Program-made: the position numbers and the translations under genes
The notes under the pieces: model-generated
Seen by the model: the letters and a program-made list of their open reading frames with translations, nothing else
What the model was told of the DNA's origin: nothing
Database searches by the model: none
In this document: positions 58,535 through 64,000 of the stretch, one piece after another
Numbering within the stretch: position 1 is the first letter of the stretch
Layout of the letters: each line of letters opens with the position of its first letter
Assembly: GCA_012295275.1 (NCBI GenBank)
Contig: CM022670.1
Span: forward strand, 2,728,001 to 2,792,000
Origin: Chrysomallon squamiferum
Lineage: Eukaryota; Animalia; Mollusca
Length of the DNA stretch: 64,000 nucleotides
Reading direction: 5' to 3'

Positions 58535-58879
58535 GTAGAATTTACAGTGATTTTTAGTTTTATATTTAAACAGTGCAGGAAGTTACTGATTGAAACATAA
58601 ATAAATGAATAAATAAATAAATATATATATAAATAAATAAATAAATAAATAATAAATGAAACTGAGAAAATATTTAAAAGCATTACCAAGAAGAATAAAG
58701 TTCAATGGGTACAGTTGTGATATACTGTATCTAAATAACATCTGCATAGTCTTTATTATTGTTGTTATTATTCACTTTTTTTTTCCTTATTGCACATTGT
58801 TGATGATGATGTTGACAGCAGCAATACGAATGACTGTGATGATGTAACAACTGAATGTAATTATTACTTATTGTTGTAG

Positions 58880-59077
58880 GTGTGGTTGAAATTACTGTCG
58901 GTTCACCCACAAGTCCGGCCATAGCATTCACAAAGACACAGTACAGCAAGAGCCTGAAGGAACATTCAGAGGACAATACTTTCATCATACAAGTAGAAGC
59001 CAGGGGTCGCCCAGGAATCACTTACAGCTTTGCCAGTGGAAATGAAGATGGCATCTTCAGCATAAACTCTCAGTCAG
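58880..59077 (+). CDS. ds: ds exon M, phase 1-1
   Basis: gttgtag|GTGTG ... TCAG|gtatac; GVVEITVGSPT...YSFASGNEDGIFSINSQS. Confidence 0.92.
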
Positions 59078-59515
59078 GTATACAGAATTAAAATAAAAAT
59101 AAAAAACAGGATGATCACGTAATCACAGATGAAAAAATGTGATGATAAAAACAAAAAACAGTTCTCGTGTTGTACTGTGGTGGTTTAACAAACAAGTCTG
59201 AACAGAATTTGTATCTTCTCTGATTTTTTTTCATTTTTTTTCTTATTAAGATGGTCATCTAGTGTATGGGCATATTTTATATCTCTAAATATATTGTTTT
59301 GTTTATTTATTAACGTTATTAGCATTATATCTATGTCTGTCTGTCTGTCTGTCTGTTTATGTATCTGTCTAACTATCTGTATACATATATCCTATCTATC
59401 TATCTATCTGTCTGTCTATCTATCTAGCTATCTATCTCTATATATAATATATACAACACATGCCCAGACTCAGTTTTTATTAATTTTCAAACAATATGAT
59501 ATTTTTGTTTTCCAG

Positions 59516-59727
59516 GAATTGTACGAGTTGCAAACTCCGTCCTGCTGGACTACGAGACGAGTCACACAAAGAAACTGACTGTAGCTGCAGCAGCTGCTGG
59601 AAAGTTCGCGTACACATCGCTGTGGGTCAACCTGACAGACATCAATGACAACCGCCCCAAGTTCACCCAGACCAAGTACTTCTCAGCCATCTGGGAAAAC
59701 AACGAGGCAGAGACCTATGTTACCATG
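59516..59727 (+). CDS. ds: ds exon N, phase 1-0; correct frame absent from ORF track
   Basis: tttccag|GAATT ... ATG|gtaaca; GIVRVANSVLLDYETSH...TDINDNRPKFTQTKYFSAIWENNEAETYVTM. Confidence 0.93.
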
Positions 59728-60069
59728 GTAACATAACATTTTATATATTTATTTATTATTTATTTGTTTGGTTGTATTTTTTGATTGTTTAACTTTTTTT
59801 TTTTAGCGTTTTCTTTCTAAAATTTTGAATTTTCTAAAAAAAAATTTAATTTTTTGGTTGTTTGTATTTTCAGTTATAAATATTTAATTAGTAAGTTAGT
59901 TGCCTCATCTTTATAAGTATTGATGATGTAACTTTATAAGTATTTAAAATAACTTTAATTCTCAGATATATTTTTCTTTTGATGTTATTGTATGTTAAAT
60001 ACCACTTTTAACGTAATTTCCTGTTTTTATTTTCACTTTAACTTTCACTCTAACATTTCCTGCTTCCAG

Positions 60070-60364
60070 GTCCAGGCCCGAGATGCAGACAGTGGTGACA
60101 ATGGTAAAATAACTTACAGCATAATCCAGGGTAACACTGATGATGCCTTTGTCATTGATCCACCCCACACAGGCATCATCAAAACCAATATTGACTCGCC
60201 CCCGTTGGATCGGGAAATCCACGATACGTACCGTCTTGTCATAGAAGCAACAGACCATGGAGTGAATCCGCAGTCCAGCACATGCACTTTGAGAATAAAC
60301 GTTAACGATGAGAATGACAACGAACCCAACTTTCCACCACCAGCTGATGTTCATATCAGTGAAA
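60070..60364 (+). CDS. ds: ds exon O, phase 0-1
   Basis: cttccag|GTCCAG ... GAAA|gtatgt; VQARDADSGDNG...LDRE...DENDNEPNF...ISE. Confidence 0.94.
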
Positions 60365-60404
60365 GTATGTGTATTATTTTCTGTATCTGTGTGAATGTGT
60401 GTGA

Positions 60405-60593
<189 letters not shown>

Positions 60594-60799
60594 AAGAATG
60601 TATGTACCTATATGTGTAATTATATAAATTAAATTAAAGTACAGATGTATGTACATATATTCTTACATTCCATAGCCATTACCTGTACATACACACAGAT
60701 TTATGGAACCAAAACAATTTATTTAATTATTTGTATGATCAAAACACTAATTTAAAAAACTAAATAACTTTTATATAAAATCTACATTTTCTTACCTAG

Positions 60800-60990
60800 G
60801 TAAAGAAGTGGGTTCTCATGTCACCAAGGTTACGGCTACGGATGTTGATTCTGACTCCACTCTCATCTACAACTTTGATCTCCATGGAAACCCAGACAGT
60901 ACTTTCAGTGTTGACCGATTCAGTGGAAGTCTGGCACTGGCAAAACCTCTGGACCATGAAAGAAGACAAAACTATGTTGTAGGTTTAAAG
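60800..60990 (+). CDS. ds: ds exon P, phase 1-0
   Basis: tacctag|GTAAA ... AAG|gtgaga; SKEVGSHVTKVTATDVD...LDHERRQNYVVGLK. Confidence 0.93.
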
Positions 60991-61587
60991 GTGAGAACAT
61001 TTATAACCAGCAAATTAAATGTACATAAAAATACATACATACATACATAACTACAAATATTATTTATATTTTATTTAGTAAGAAATGGATAATCATTATA
61101 ATGGTTTTCTTCAAAATAAAATGGATAACTTGACAGTTTTCCTTAGAATCAAATGGATGATTTAACAGTCCTCTTTAGAAAACAGAGAATAAAATAACTG
61201 TTCTCTTACAGTGTTAATCCAAATACCGTGTTGTGTTATAAATCTTTTGCACAAATGCACAGAGTATATGCCTAATATTTCTGTATTTTAGTTTTACTTA
61301 AAGAAATGGTTGGTTTTTTTTTAATTAATTAAACCTAAACACACATGGTTAATTATAAATGAGAGTAGATGATCAGCCTATATTTTCATGTTCTAGTTTT
61401 ATTTAAAGACATATCTCTAATTATTAGTATTCTGAAATGTCTGAGTTATTTTTGAACTCTTTAAGTTAAATTCTTTAAATACTTATAATTAATTATGCAA
61501 CCTTTATTTCCCAACTGGAGTATTATTTGAAGAAATGTCCATGTTGTGTGTTCTGAAATATTTTAAAATTTTGTTTTATAATTGCAG

Positions 61588-61683
61588 GTGTATGATGGGA
61601 AATACAACGCTACAACAACTGTGTCTATCTATGTAGATGATGTAAATGATAACCCACCTGAATTCAGTGCTTCCAGTTATCAG
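61588..61683 (+). CDS. ds: ds exon Q, phase 0-0; absent from ORF track
   Basis: attgcag|GTGTAT ... CAG|gttagt; VYDGKYNATTTVSIYVDDVNDNPPEFSASSYQ. Confidence 0.93.
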
Positions 61684-62020
61684 GTTAGTGAAATTAGCTG
61701 TGTAACTGTGCGATGTAAATAACATTCATATTTAAATATGTTTTTATCATTGAACATTTTTTTTAAATTTTGTTGAAAAACATTGTTGATAAATAAACAA
61801 ATAAATAAATAAATAAATAATGACAAAATATTACTCAGTAAATTATAATGTTTTCTTGTTCTTGTTCTAGATAAATATAAAACAAAAAATAAAAAATAAA
61901 ATAAAAGTAAAGTAAATTAAACTGAATTAAACTGAATAAAATTGAATAAAATTAAATTAAATTAAATTAAAATTATTTAAGTGAAAATATAAAACACATT
62001 TTCTGTTGTTTTTTCTGCAG

Positions 62021-62162
62021 GTTTCCTTGCAGGAGTCGACTCCTCCTGAGCATTCAGTGATACGCCTGAGAGCGACAGACAGAGATGCGGGGAGGAACGC
62101 TGAAATCACCTACCACATGGCCCACAGCCCATCCGGCAGCTTCTACATTGACTCGAAAACTG
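62021..62162 (+). CDS. ds: ds exon R, phase 0-1; absent from ORF track
   Basis: tctgcag|GTTTCC ... ACTG|gtgagt; VSLQESTPPEHSVIRLRATDRDAGRNAEITY...FYIDSKT. Confidence 0.93.
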
Positions 62163-62276
62163 GTGAGTGACACGCTGTGACAAGTAAAATTCAAACTGAT
62201 GTAGTATCTGCTTTTTTTTCACCTGACTTATTTGCTATCTCAGTGCTTGTAATTATTGTTTATTGAAGGCATGTAA

Positions 62277-62325
<49 letters not shown>

Positions 62326-62558
62326 TGTTTATAAGTGTGAGTATGCTAACTAGTAAACCTTTGGAGAAAGATAATATTTTATTCCATTTCATCAGTGCAG
62401 TTAGAAAAATAATTATTAAGAATTTGAATACATAATGCACTTATGAACTGATCTTTAAATTTCAAAATATTTGCATATTTATATGTGTTTATAATACTTC
62501 TGTAGCTTATTCATACACACTGTAAATAATTAAACTGAATGCTGTTTGTTTCTTACAG

Positions 62559-62730
62559 GAACTATTTACACCAACAAGACGCTGTCCCACCAAACAGGTG
62601 ACTCTGTCATTCAGCTAGTTGTCACTGCGCAGGACGGTGGCACGCCGATGTTGTCATCAATGGTTGCTGTTCACGTGCAGATCACAAGAATTAACAAATA
62701 CGACCCTGAGTTTGAAAAGTCCAACTATGT
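62559..62730 (+). CDS. ds: ds exon S, phase 1-2
   Basis: cttacag|GAACT ... TATGT|gtgagt; GTIYTNKTL...AQDGGTP...RINKYDPEFEKSNY. Confidence 0.93.
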
Positions 62731-63272
62731 GTGAGTAACCACAGAGTTAAATAAACCATTTATCTAAAATTTTAAACTGAGGAGGATATCTGATGAAAGG
62801 TTGTTAGTGGAATCAGGCTTTCATTACCTGTCCCTGCCATATCACAGGCCATACCTGTATTGTTCTATCTTAGAAAAGTAAATTATTTATCTTATCATTG
62901 GTTTTTCTCTCAAAGTATCATTGAAGAAAAAAGGTTTCATGATTTTAACCCAGTGAAAAAAACAGGGGTTTCTTTAAATATTCCATTTTATGTCAGTAGA
63001 TAAAAATAAGGTTTAATTACTTAAATATTCTAAGATTTTTTATTATTTACTTACAATTTTCTCCTTATATGTTATAGCATTAAAAACCAATTAAAATAAT
63101 ATCCATCTATCTATCTGTCTATCTGTTTTTCTGTCTGTCTATCTGTTTTTCTATCTGTCTATCAGTCCATCTTCTTATATATATTCATCCTAAAATTACT
63201 GTATTTGATATTCAGAGTTAAATATATTTTTCGTCACTTTCTTATAAACTGATTTTTTTGTGTTTAATCCAG

Positions 63273-64000
63273 TGCTAAGATCAGTGAAGCTTCAATGACT
63301 GGAGATCTGGTTCTGAAGGTGAAGGCCACTGATGCAGACTACAGCACACGAGAAAGCAATGTTGAGTACCGGCTGGAGAACGGTCGTGGTGTTTTCCAGA
63401 TCCGACGTAAGACTGGAGAGATTTTCCTAGCAAGCCAGGTGGACAGAGAAAACATCGCCCGCTACGACCTGACTGTGGTTGCCAAGGACCGAGGAAATCC
63501 TGTCAAAAGTTCTGCTGTTCCGCTCACAGTTTTCATCACTGATGTCAATGACAACCCACCACATTTCCACCAGCCCGACAGCATCTACCACGTCACCCTG
63601 CCGGAAGGTTACCCTTCGGAACGAGTCTTCCTCAACGTCACTGCCGAGGACGCTGATGAAGGCGTGCATGCTCAGATTCTTTACACCATCACCTCAGGCA
63701 ACAACGAGGGAATATTTTTCATTCACGGAGAAACTGGTGGAGCTTTCATCATGCCCAAGGCTGAGCTGGACTACGAGAGTGCCACTTCACACAGGCTGAT
63801 AGTCAGAGCCGTGGACTGCACAAACTGTTCATCCAGCACCCCAAAACTTTCAGCCTTTGTGACAGTGGACATCAATGTCACAGACCTGAATGAGTTCCCT
63901 CCAGTCTTTCCTCTTTCTCCGTTTGAAGTCAGCGTGTATGAAAACCGTGAGGTTGGGTCTACTGTGTTCCAGGCTCAGGCCAATGATGGTGATGCAGGAC
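63273..64000 (+). CDS. ds: ds exon T (EC24-26), phase-2 start, runs off window; correct frame absent from ORF track
   Basis: aatccag|TGCTAAG; open to the end: AKISEASMTGDLVLKVKATDAD...VDRE...DVNDNPPHF...LDYE...DLNEFPPVF...QANDGDAG. Confidence 0.95.

Overview
AT-rich, microsatellite-dense, CpG-poor animal genomic DNA, most likely from a mollusc (inference from composition and degraded repeats). The only supportable gene is a + strand dachsous (ds/DCHS) giant atypical cadherin. I could splice 20 GT-AG coding exons by hand between 47894 and the window end: about 6.37 kb, about 2120 aa, from inside EC6 to the start of EC26 of the canonical 27 repeats. All junctions are phase-compatible except one (49572/50020). 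Bases 1-47893 contain no credible CDS and look like the 3' part of one giant phase-0 intron, in which microsatellites, decayed minisatellites and local duplications alternate with complex, GC-richer blocks. Almost all ORF-track entries there are repeat artefacts. The best leads are the phase conflict, a possible intronic terminal/poison exon that could give a secreted N-terminal Ds fragment, recursive-splice-like sites, strand-biased CAGGTRAGT motifs, calcium-free linkers and Cys loops. I found no firm evidence of a wholly new system; the intronic leads are hypotheses.
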